Source of the DNA: Psilocybe cubensis
Lineage: Eukaryota
NCBI GenBank assembly: GCA_017499595.2
Contig: CM039003.1
Coordinates: 2,046,001 to 2,110,000, forward strand
Length of the DNA stretch: 64,000 bases
Direction: 5' to 3'
The notes under the pieces: model-generated
What the model was told of the DNA's origin: nothing
The model's input: the letters and a program-made list of their open reading frames with translations, nothing else
Database searches by the model: none
Made by a program: the position numbers and the translations under genes
Part shown: positions 13,970 to 25,500 of the stretch, piece by piece
Layout: the number at the start of each line of letters is the position of its first letter
Numbering within the stretch: the first letter of the stretch is position 1

Positions 13970-15900
13970 ATGCCGACAGCAGACCAACTCCCGCAGCCCC
14001 AACTCAACAGCTACAACGTCGCCCAGTTGCAGTTTGCCCTGTTAGTATTTAGTCATCCGTGTCAACTGTCACTTATCCTCGAACAGCGCCAAAGACTCTG
14101 AGTTTATAACTGACATTTCGCCCTCCGTCACTCCGCCCATCCTGTAAGTCCCAGTCTCCAGACTCCTACTCTTGCTTACAACCGCCCCGCCTCCCAGGCC
14201 CGACTCGCTCGACTACGACTCGCGCCGCATGTCCAGCTCGGCCGCGTCGACCGCGGACACCGACAGCAGCAGCATCCTCTCCCGCCCAGAAAAGCGCTCA
14301 CTCACTCCCGCCGACGACCCCCAGCCAAAGAAACAGCGCGCGTCGGGCGATCCTCCAGCATGGGACATCGATTCCGCATCGAGCACCCATTCCTATGAAA
14401 AACACTCCCCCGACGCCGCCCTCGACCATGCCAAGGTCCAGCTGCCGTCCATCTCCACCACCTTTGAGGACTCGTACCGCCACGATGTCCGCCGCGCGTC
14501 TCTCCCCACTCTCCGCCATGCCCCGTATCCCCCAACCAGTCTCCGCCAAAACTACACCCACGCGCCAGGCACCCAGTCCAGTCTCTCCTCCTACACCTTC
14601 CCCGCACCCGCAGACGACCACCAGGACCGTCGTCCCCGCGTCTCTACAGACGTGCCATTTGGCGGAAGCGCGTCTTATGACCAGTATCCCAGCTCCGGGT
14701 TGTCTACAGGCACAACGCCGTCGAGCTCGTTTTCGCACTTTAACGAGGTGCGCACGCCAGGGCTCTCTCCGTATTCCGAGTCGGAGAGCTGGAATCCCTC
14801 GCCGTCGGGCATTGTACGGCCCAGCTCTACTCCAGGACAGCTATCAAGTCCGGCCGTAAAATATGATGACGGGTTACGCCATGCCTCGTTTAGCGCGCCC
14901 ATGTCCCAGGCACACATGTTTGGTTCGGCTCGCATATCGGGTCAGCACGATCGTAGGTCCATGTCTGGCATAAAGGGCGACTGGTCTTTCCCAAACCAAG
15001 ACTTTGTTCTCCCCTCTGGAAATCAGCAATACTCTCCCTCACTTGGTCCTGCTGCTCCCAACATCTCCGTATCCTCTCCATCTCGCTCACCGCCCTCAAT
15101 GCCCTCCTCTGCCCTCGTCGACCGCCCCACCCGCAAGCGCGGCAAGCTCCCCAAGGAGACCACCGACTATCTCAAGGCCTGGCTCCATCGCCACTCTGAC
15201 CACCCTTACCCCAGCGAGGAGGAGAAAAAACAGCTCTGCCATGCCACTGGCCTCAGCATGAGCCAAGTTTCCAACTGGATGATCAACGTCAGTCTCTTGT
15301 CTATTTCTTTGTGCTCGTGTATCTAATTTATTATTTCAGGCTCGTCGTCGCATCCTTGCCCCTGCTCACCGTGCAGCATCTGGGCCCACTACCACCGCGC
15401 CATTTCCCCCCTCGGGACGTAGCGCTTCTCTCTCTGGGCTCCTCGACCCCATGGGTCGCCGGGCGTCTATGCCTGCCGCTGACGCCCTCCAGCTCTACCA
15501 CCCCATGACTCTTCAGTCTATGCCCAATAGCCCCAACGGCCACCACCACTCTTCTGACTACAGCTCGCGCCACATGATGGGCATGTCCTCTTCCAGGTCT
15601 ACCCACCATCTCGGCGGCGGTGGCGGCATGTACGACTCCCATAGCAGCAGCCGCCATATGGGGCTGTACAGCCAGGGCGGCTCCCATAGCTCAGGCGGCG
15701 CTCACACGCAGTCGTCAGGGTATGGCATGTCCTCGGACGTCCCTCTCTCGGCGCCACCGTCACTGTCGGGCAACCCCTTCTCGTCGCACGGCGGCTCCCA
15801 TGGCTCTTCAGGCCAGGGCATGTACCCTTCTCTCCTCCCTAGCCCCCGCTCTTCCAGCCAGCAGCAGTACTTCAACGACGCACCCTCCCACTCGGGATGA
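13970..15900 (+). CDS. TALE-class (KN/TGIF/Cup9-like) homeodomain transcription factor; exons 13970-14040, 14087-14143, 14198-15287, 15340-15900
   Basis: RKRGKLPKETTDYLKAWLHRHSDHPYPSEEEKKQLCHATGLSMSQVSNWMIN|ARRRIL, with the PYP loop and Ile50. All three introns are GT-AG and keep the frame. The two small 5' exons are less certain; the alternative start is ATG 14229. Confidence 0.9.
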
Positions 15901-15959
15901 TGCCCTTCGCACCCCTACTCACGATGATGATCATGATTTGTGGTCCATTGATTGAAACG

Positions 15960-16650
15960 AACAGCAACGTTTTAACGACGGACATCTATATATTCTTTCC
16001 TTTTCTCTCACTCTCTCTCGATAATCTCTCTCTCTCGTTGTGATTTTTGATATCCTCTCGTCGTAATTATTGCTTCTCGTCTCCTCATCATCATCTCTTT
16101 GTATAATCCATAACGCTACGCTCGATGGACTGGCGCGCGGACTGTTGTGTTATAACGTATATCCCTCCCTTGGCATTGACGACTTCGAACCGAAATACCA
16201 TGATATCCCCCTCCCCAACTTGTCTATCTATTACGCCGTAACGTCTGGTATGCTTGGCTCTACTTTCATTTATATCTTCGGCTCGGGTTGGGGACATTCA
16301 CTCTCGTTGTTTTAGTTTCCTCTCCTTTTTTTTGTGTGTTTTTGCTGAATACCTTTCGCTGTCGTATACTAACATGTCCACGGACGCCGTCTATCTTGTC
16401 TCTTTGCCCCTCCCTCCTCTCCTGCTTGCTGCTCTGTAGAACTCTATCAACTCTATCTCTTGTTCCCACAAAATCCGCTTCCCACCCCTTGCTGTCCCTC
16501 ACCCTCCATTTTCTCTCTTACTCTTTCTTTTTCATCCTTGCTCCGGTCTTCTTTTGTTCTTTCTTTTCTCCCACAAAACCTTGAAATTAATCTAGTAGTT
16601 GTCGACAATTAATATGTACTGTTCCTGTCGTATTATTCCTTTTTTTGGGG
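15960..16650 (+). repeat. CT/T-rich low-complexity tract, probable long 3' UTR of the homeobox gene
   Basis: Runs such as ctctctctcg and ttttctctcttactctttcttttt directly after the stop codon, with no credible ORF. Confidence 0.5.
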
Positions 16651-17592
16651 AAAATATCTTTTTTATCCCTCACAGGCTGTGTGACCGTGCAAATGAATTG
16701 GATTTCGAGTAGTGTGAAAAAATGCGCATGCAATCCTCCCACTGCCTCCACCCCCCCGCAACGTTATAGCGCCGGTACCGATATTAAAAATAAAAATAAA
16801 TATGCTATGTGCTCTCGTACATTGCAGCAACACGCAAAACTGTTAGTCGTACAGGGTGCGTGTGTGTGATGGTTGTATTTTTTAAATTTCTTACACACAC
16901 AGTGCATAGTTTACCTTGTTGTTTCTTAATTTGTGCGTTTGGAGGACTGATTAGGCAGCAGGCTAGGCTGGGGTATGTACCCGTATAATTGTATTGCCCC
17001 CCTTCCTCCCCCCTCCCCCCTCCTTGTTTGCGTGTGCCGTAAGGATGTGCGATATCTGGTGATATTCGCTCTTGTTCCTCTCACTTTCTTTCTTTTTTCT
17101 CTCCATCAGTCTCCGTTCTCGTTCTCACGTTCGGGTGCGAGGACGGATAATACCAAGGTCACTTGAACGCTGCGGGTGAGAACGCAATAAACTTTCATAT
17201 CATACCACCACCCCCGCATTGTCATTTACTTTTAATTATGATATAGAATAGAGTATAATACTTTACATTGTTCGGTATGTGTGTGTGTGAAAAATAAAGC
17301 CAAAGCGTTATGGAGCGGACTTTATTTTGACACTTTGTGCAAAGGAGTTGTGTTGCATTGGCTGTGGTGTGCCTTGCATGACCCGCGACGCAGAGTTATC
17401 GGGGAGAGCGTCTATTTTTAGACGCCGCATCGGTATTATTATTTTTTTGGATACCTTTGAAGGCGATAATGCTTGCAAATGTAATGATTGAATGCATTCA
17501 CATTCACATTCACTTTCGAGTTGCGGAGATTCGATTCGATGTGATGCACATTGCACAAGAAATTCCCAATGCCGTATACGATAAACTGCGCT

Positions 17593-17616
17593 CCCCCCCT
17601 TCCCCCTACCCTCCCC
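17593..17616 (-). other. G-quadruplex-forming motif
   Basis: Minus strand reads GGGG A GGG TA GGGGG AA GGGGGGG. A similar C-run cluster lies at 16997-17020. Confidence 0.5.
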
Positions 17617-19274
17617 TTACTAGACCATTTTCGGAGCACGTCAGGAATTGGAACTTTTTTTTTGGAACCCGGAGGTCTAGGGGGCGGAGAGGGTGTGCTT
17701 TTTTTCTTTTCAGGGCTGGGAATTGCGAGATTGTTGAATGGGACTAAAGGGACTAGGGGGAGACATAATGCATCAAACGGACGGAGCGGCAGCCCTGAGC
17801 GCGAGAGCGAGAAAGAAGGTCGGGTTGGGGGCGGAATTGGCAGGGTATATTGCCATTACTGGCGATAGTACGTGATGTGATTCCACCGGCTCTTCCTCTT
17901 CGTCCCTTGAACTTCGAAAAGTTCGGTGACGATAGACGATGTGATCTGTCTGTGCGTTTCGTACGTGAGTCATTCCGACTCCCGAGCCCCAGTTCAAGTT
18001 GTTTCTCAACGGCTTTGATTTTTTTATTTCGTCGCACCTCGCACCTGATTCATGAAAAACTCAATTCCAACAGGAGGTTATACAAATCTTACAACGCACT
18101 ATTCCAAGTATACCAACAGCCTTTTTGTTTTGTTGTTGCATGCACTGATTGAATGGAATGGAATGATCCATTAGCACAATCATCTTCAATTCCGACTACC
18201 ACTAATAGCAGCAATACAATCATTTTGCGCATCGTCGATCCCGATCAAAAAGAGAGAGAAAATGGCTGCAGCTGCCACCACTGCAAGCAGTACGGTTGCC
18301 GCCTCAAACATGGTCTACATAAGGCAACTGTTCCGCTATCAGGAAGCGGTGGATGGGGGTCCTGGCACTGCGTTACTTTCCTGTTTGTCACGTCAGGTAG
18401 AACTGCTGTTCAGACCCTCTATGTGTGACTGTGGTTGGCCGGCTCGGGGGAAGTCGGAGTTTCAAGTTTCAACCTCTGTCCCGGAGCCTCGAGGTGCTTC
18501 TCCGAAATGTCCTTACCCCACCTCCTCGTTCTCTAATAAATTGGCATACAGCTGTACAACTCCCTCAAGTCACCACTTATTATACCTGCCTTGCCGTCGG
18601 CTACCCTCCAACCTTGAGACAGGCATGCCGCCATGTCCCCGTTTAGATGGAGCATTTTGTGTGTTTGTTTAAGTTGGTGGTGTACAACGCCGTCTTCCAG
18701 CGTATTCCTACGCTGTAAAATTTGGCCCGTATTCTACACAGCTTACAAGTAGATTAATTAGGTTGTATTATATATTTCTCATAAATTGGACTATGAGAAA
18801 TGTCATTTTTCACAGTATATAACAGTGCTTTACCGGAAAGTGTGAATGTGACTCAGAAATTGGACATAGGATACAAGCAACATGGAAACCCAATCACCCT
18901 TCAATTTAAGTTTTTGCTTGTCTCTGCCTCGTGTTCTAATAAACTCGGGGGTTCGTTTCCATTTCTATTGTCAGGTTCGAACCGCTGAGGCAACGAAAAA
19001 AAAAAGAATAAAAACATTGAAACCTTGACATGTTGTTGAACGATGAAAAAGAGGAAACCTTGGACTCGTACACGGAATATTTAATTTTGAGTCTTAACAA
19101 ACGGAAGTGAGTGTTGATAACGCCTTAGCAGCATGAGCCAGGACTACTAATTTGTCAATTCACTTGTAACCTCTGCAACTGAAAAGCAGACTTGTTATCC
19201 AATATGGCAAAACACAGCCATACTAACAGCCCAGTGGCTTCTTTCAATTGGACATTGTAACTTATTGTATTCAT

Positions 19275-19409
19275 AGATGCAGAATTGTTGAAGCGCGTCC
19301 GGAGCCGCTTCAACGATTCAGAGGCGAGTCAGCGATGATTCCGATTGAGAGGCGATTCTGCGTCTTCCCACGCTTCTGATGAGCAGAATCACCTCTGCGT
19401 CTGAATCGT
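19275..19409. repeat. Nested inverted-repeat element (several overlapping 12-14 bp stems)
   Basis: 19282-19295 pairs with 19306-19319; 19348-19361 with 19383-19396; 19313-19325 with 19397-19409; 19275-19286 with 19354-19365. Each stem has at most two wobbles or mismatches. Confidence 0.6.
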
Positions 19410-22400
19410 CTACTCTGACCTCCCATAATGTAATTGTATATAATACAAATTTAGCTCTACATATTAAATTGATAGAATAATCTGATACTCAAACTTCAAC
19501 TTCAATTTTGTTCAGGCTCATGTGCCAGCAGCCAGTAACACTTTGGTAATGGCACTAGCAAATGATTTAGCCTCGGCGGTCGGCAGAACATTGACTGTAC
19601 AGTGTCGGAGATTGTAAAGCTACAAAAGGTGTCACAGAGGTAACGGAGAGTTATGCTACGAGGAAGGGACCCCGATTAACAAAAACGGACTCAGATTCGA
19701 CGATCTGCAAGAAAGTTAGACCATGTTTGAGGCGGCAACCGTAAAGCAGTCCACTTCCGGCCAGCCGTTTCTTTACTATACTTACTCAAGCCACTTACTT
19801 ACAAAGGTCAATTCCGATTCAAAAAAAAGATGCATGCAGCGAAGAACGCGAAAGAAGTGCTTCCGAGTCCGAGTACTTCCTTGATTGAATTCACAGCCGT
19901 TGTACGTTAGCCCCGGTGATGGTCGTTTTCGTTCGTGAGCGAGTTGGTGAGGCTAGGTCTAGGCCCTTTTGTGAGTGAGGGCATGGTGCAGTGGTTTGCA
20001 CAGCCCAACTGGCCTTTGCAATCGGGTTTTCCGAGGGGTGGAGTTGGCTGTTGCGGTGGGCGCTTTCGTAAATACAATAAGCAAGTGATGGGATCCCAGT
20101 ACGCATCGCAACCGCACTGGAAACTAAACACTGAGACGCGGCGCGGAAGGAAAGGGCGGTTTGGTGTTTGGTGTTTTGGAGAGCTGAAATGAACGCGACA
20201 CCGAAACTAGAGGCGTATTATGGAACATCATGATGTACTTTCTTTTTCGACTCCGGTTAGACGGTGATGGTGACGGTGGTGGTGGTGATGGGCCACTACT
20301 ATGCTTAGATTTAGAATCATCAGAGGTGTGTGTTTTAATTATTGACCCTCGAATTCAAGGTTACCAAACCATGCCCTCCCAAGGGCCAGTCGAGGCCTCA
20401 AGGAGGGGGACGGTGTTCTTGAAGCCCGATATTGGGCAGTAATGAACCCAACCACGGTGAATCTCTTCGCGCTTTACTCTCTTGCTGCTTCACGCGCCCC
20501 GGCCAGGCATGAGAGAAAGCTTATAATCTACATGCACCCCGGAGCTCTATTAACAGAATGCATATCGCTTTTTTGTTTTAGCTTAATTGAAACGATCCGC
20601 CCGCTGCCAGGTACTTCGCGTCCCCTCGTCAGCCGTGTAATTAGAAACTTATGCGTATATTTGATAGTTTAACCTATTTTTTTTCTCCTTCGTCGTGTGT
20701 GTGGTACGTTTTCTTAATTAGCCACCCTTTGGAGCCAATGCATGCACCGCCCTTCCGTTGCTAGTCGCTTTTTTGCCTTTCCTCGCTTGCGCGATCGGTG
20801 AACCACCTAAGTATCAGGCCTAGAGGTTCGGTGAGCCACGGCGACTCGAAGAAAGTGAATTAATGGCCATAGCAGCAAGGATTTTGGGGACTCGTCGGAC
20901 AGGAAGCTTGAAGCCGACCGATCGACCCGACCGAGTCGAACTGAGAGGGGGCTTGTTTCTTCGAATTCCAAAGTAGTGTAAATTCGCTCTTCCCGATTCG
21001 AAGCGGGTATGGACCATATGGGTCCCTATTGTACGTCGCGCCTAAGAGCATCCCGCTAATTAAATGAAAGAGAAAGGACGCGCCGGCGTGGTGCGTCCCA
21101 CTCAACATCATGCCAATGGATCCAAATTACTATTCCCCGCCGCCACCTCTAAATTGGATTGGACCGTGACCGCACTGCACACATGCCACACACATAGAAC
21201 AACCTCTCTCAAGTGCGGCGGCGGTCGATCTACTTCAATTTTATGCATTGTGCTGTAGCACACCTGCCCATCGCACTGGCGTTGACCATATACAGTAAGC
21301 ACGTAAAAAGCGGGCGGACAGAAACCTGCAAGCCAGCTGTACTAAGCTTTGCAAGAGCAAGTTGGACGGGCGCGGACCACGTCTGTTATTGAGCCACCAG
21401 TCATACTTGTCCCAAGAAGGCGCAAAAAAGGGGGTTCTCCTCAATGAAGAGCGATGGGGCCCATGCCCGCACCCGAGATACACAGTTATGGATAGATTGC
21501 GATGGCGGAAATTGCACCCAGCAGCAAGCAACAAGCCCAATTGAAGAACGCGGTGCCTTCCTTCTTGTGTCTCTTTCTTTCCCTTCAATAAAGCAAAGTA
21601 TAATGATAATCGTGATGCTCTGGCTTTGCAAAATTCGTCGTACTATTACGCAATAGAGTCTTGCTTCTCCCCGATATTAGGACTTGAATCTGGCTAAAAG
21701 TAGTAAGAAAGGCGTACTCTTGAAGAGTATTCTTGAGAGTAATTCAGGACCAAAGAAGACGAAGGAAGGAATTTCAGAAGAAAGCCTACTCCTTTCCCTC
21801 GGCATTCAAGGTCGAATACCACTCCCATTACCTAGGCCAAAAGATTTCCCGGAATTGTGATAATACAACTCCTGCTATCTATTTCTACTCGTCTTTTTGT
21901 TTGAATGGCCACCAATTGTATTGTTACAACCAACGCCTATAGTATATATATCACTACTAGTACTAGCGCCATCTGATCAGGGAATACACTAAGATGGAAC
22001 ACTCTTCTAACGTTCCTTGAATGCATTCTAACTTGTTGATTTCTCCAGATCTGACTGTACTGCGGTAAGCATAATCTATTTATATTATTACCGAGCTCGA
22101 ACCGCCGTGTACGACATCAGCGGAATGCAAGTAAATAATTATCTAAGTAGGAGGGCGCCTTACTGATTAAGATAGGAGAAGATTAACTATACAATTCAAG
22201 TGCGGATAGCAATCTATGCAAACCGCTAGGTACTAGATGAAGATAAATCAAAGCGCCCATGGCGAGGAGTGTGTGATAGTTTTGTAGCATATAAAATAGG
22301 GCGGTGTCTATGTCCAAACCAATAGACGCCCGCACTGGATGGGTATGATAAGGTAATCGTAAGCGAGCCAGTATTTCCAATTGGTCGGGTAATCTTCCCA

Positions 22401-22587
22401 GACTCTACACCGAGTACCTCGGATCATGAGAGTGGGTGAGAGGGTATCATATAGTTGTGTGCAGAACAAGGGGATGATAACAAGGAGGCGGTCACGGTGT
22501 CTGAAGACACCATGATGTACATGGTCTACGTGGAGGAAAACATCAGATATCGGTAGAATCAGAGTCGGTGGTATACTATGCCCTTTG

Positions 22588-25500
22588 CTATACTGGCAAT
22601 GAAAAGGAAGGCGGGGATATTGTGGGAGTTTCAGAGGAGCGTCCCAAAGGATACAACACCGATGCCGAACTGTAACTTGAAGCTCGTGATATATTCAAAG
22701 GCATTTGGTTTCCTAAATGTGGCTCCGATTTCACGAAGGGCCGTGTGACCACACTGAGAGGATGAACGTTAGTTAATTACTTTACAATGGAATAGTGATA
22801 CGGGAAAAAGGAAAGTATAGCGGAGAAATAGGACAATATTGGCTTTCGGCACGGACCGCGAGTGTGAGTAGGGAATTCAACAATCTCTCGCATAGATTGC
22901 AATCACAAGTTGAGCTGCAATGATATGCTGGAAAACGAATGACGGAATATGACCATGGGGCGCGTATAGACGCCGAAATGAAATAAACACTTTGTTCAAT
23001 TGAAATACTCACTTGACTTTCTTTTCGATGACCATCGTGGGGTCAATCGAGAAATCCAGGTCCTTCACCAATACATAGAGAAAGATTTTTATCCTAGAGC
23101 CTCGGAATTAGCAACCATTCACAAACGCAATTCCCAGAAAGTAGCAATAAGGCACCAATTCAACCACCGCCCTGATAGTTTTAGCAATCAGGGTGGTGCT
23201 CGCATTAGGGAGGTTTGGATAGAAAACATCAAAAAGAAACACAAGTGCGAAGAAGTTTATTGGCTCCGAAGATCATATTGAAATATCGGAGATGAGATAA
23301 CGGGATGGGAATGCGATCGGAGGCCTTGATTCCAACTCCGCGAGCACTGATCATCAGACAAGCCGTCCACAGCTAAATCAGGCTGAGCCTTGCAAGAAAT
23401 TGGAGTCTTTGGCCAGGGTAGAATACGATTCGCAAAATCTCCAACATGGGCATAGCCATGTAAGTATATGAACTCTGGCCCGCATCCAGGATAGTATCCA
23501 TAGACCATTCATCTCTCTGGTCACATAGCAATGCTAAATCGCAGCTGAAATCCAGAGCGACCCCATGTACATGAATGCTGAGCATCATGCGCGCCTACAT
23601 ATGGCTTGCATGGGACGCCGACGACGCTATTCCCTAAATAAGGCAAAAAGGCGCATCCGTCGCAATCAAGGACATACAATAATCGATGCGCCTCGATCGC
23701 TCATTTCAAACTGAACCGGGGCGGGCTGCGATCTACCCCGCCAAGCAGTCATCCAAACTAGCCACGCGCCATCGTAGATGGCGGAAGCAAATTGTTCCCC
23801 AAGTTGGGGAATGTCTGCCGCATTGGGCAAATTCCACTAAACATCAATAGTGGACAATGCGCAATGTGCAATGCAGCGCACTGTGCCACTGTGTGCTTGC
23901 GAAGCAAATCAAAGCCCAAAATAAACATAAGCAAATGGAAGATTGAGGAACAAAGACAGATAACAAGGACTAGGAACTGGGTGGGAAGAAATCATCCCAG
24001 TTTCTCCTGAAGACATGATGTATTGCTGCTGAGCGAACAGATGCGCAATACTTCATCGGCCTTCACCTTTCCTCACTTGCCCTGATGAGAAAACTAGGAG
24101 AACAGATATTGGGTCTCTGTATCTCCGCAATAATTTCGCACATACCAGAACGTGCGTAATGAAAGCAAAAGTCCGCAGAAAGGCCCCATGCGCACAATTG
24201 CACAACTAGGCAATCCGAAACCCGCCTGTTGTAGCCCCACTCGATACAAGAGAATGAAAGATGATATCATGCTGAATGAAAGTATGAAAGACGTGAAGAT
24301 TAAGGCAAAAAACCATATCACGTCATGAAGCCAAAGAAACAAAATAGATGAAAGAAGGAAAGCAAAACTGAAGTAGAAAAAAAAGCGAGTAAAAGATGAC
24401 TCACTCAATCAGAGCGAATTTGTAGCCAATGCAAGACCTATTCCCACCGAGTGGATTACCATTCAGGAACGTCAACGTATTGGAGTAGAGTCCCGGAATT
24501 GCACGAGCTTCTTGGGGGGGTGAAGCCCAGCGTTCTGGTCTGCGGTGAGACAAGCAGAAGAACAAAAGTTAGTTAATTCATCAGATGATGCAGTAATACG
24601 ATATCAGAAACACGATAACGGCAGGAAAGAAAAACACAGGAAAGGTTGAAGTGGTGTGTAAAAATGAATAGCCTATGGTGAGATAGATCTGAATGAAATA
24701 ATACAAATGACCTAAGCCCGAAAGAAGGACTTCAAGAAGGTTTAATAACGGGTAGAGTGGATGAGGGGTGAGAGAAGTTGGATGGGCTGATAAGACGCTT
24801 TTTTCCAGTTCGGGCTGCTTGCTCCAGAGTGACTAGCGGCATGCCCTTGTTGTTAGGTGATCATACTGCTATGCAGTCAACGGCACAGCAATATGTTACC
24901 ACATGATGATGAGGCTAAATTGTTGTTCGGAAATAGAGCACCGCGGTGAATCGAAGTGGTACAATCACAATTGTTTCTATCACTCCGACGATACCAAGCA
25001 GCACGAAAAGGGAAATCTCTCCCTTAAAACTAGCACCGTTTCATCTCCGTTGGAGAAAGCCACTAAGTGAAGTGAAAAATGGAATGGTAAAAGCAAGATA
25101 GAGAGAAAGGTTGTTACCACTGATACAGTGGTAAAGATAGCCAAGAGGAATATGGAGAAATTAAAACCAGAGTGCCAAGTGATATATGGGCTCAATTGAT
25201 TTCATATTCCGTTCGCCATTCTCCAGGAAACGAAACAACTCGCTCGTGAACCGACCGACGGTCGGATTCTATTGAGTCAATTCATTAAGCTATGGCATGA
25301 CAGAATCAAACCATCAGCCCATGTAATTTGCGATGACATATTTGACGCGCGCAAATCACCTGTCCCCGCGTCGCGTCGCAGCACCACCACACACTACACA
25401 AGCAACCCATACACACGCACCACATATATCAAGCACTTGGAGCAAAAAAAAGAGAACGAAAGACGAACGGAAAGAAAAATAAAACACCACAAAAAAGGAG

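Noticed and set aside
13970-15900. Mating-type HD locus
   Set aside because: Single KN/TGIF-type TALE gene with no divergent HD1/HD2 pair and no mip or beta-fg neighbour.
8592-15955. Many antisense and alternative-frame ORFs over the LRR and homeobox genes
   Set aside because: Shadows of GC-rich coding sequence.
18944-18990. tRNA gene suggested by B-box-like GGTTCGAACC
   Set aside because: No cloverleaf or A box on either strand.
19376-19405. Hammerhead ribozyme core (CTGATGA followed by a GCAGA/TCTGC stem)
   Set aside because: The required GAAA after stem II is missing (reads GTCT).
23257-23588. Nested ORFs in P450 intron 8 (and similar 70-145 aa ORFs in introns 5 and 7)
   Set aside because: No recognisable motifs, and Phe/Leu- or Lys/Arg-rich translations simply reflect base skew.
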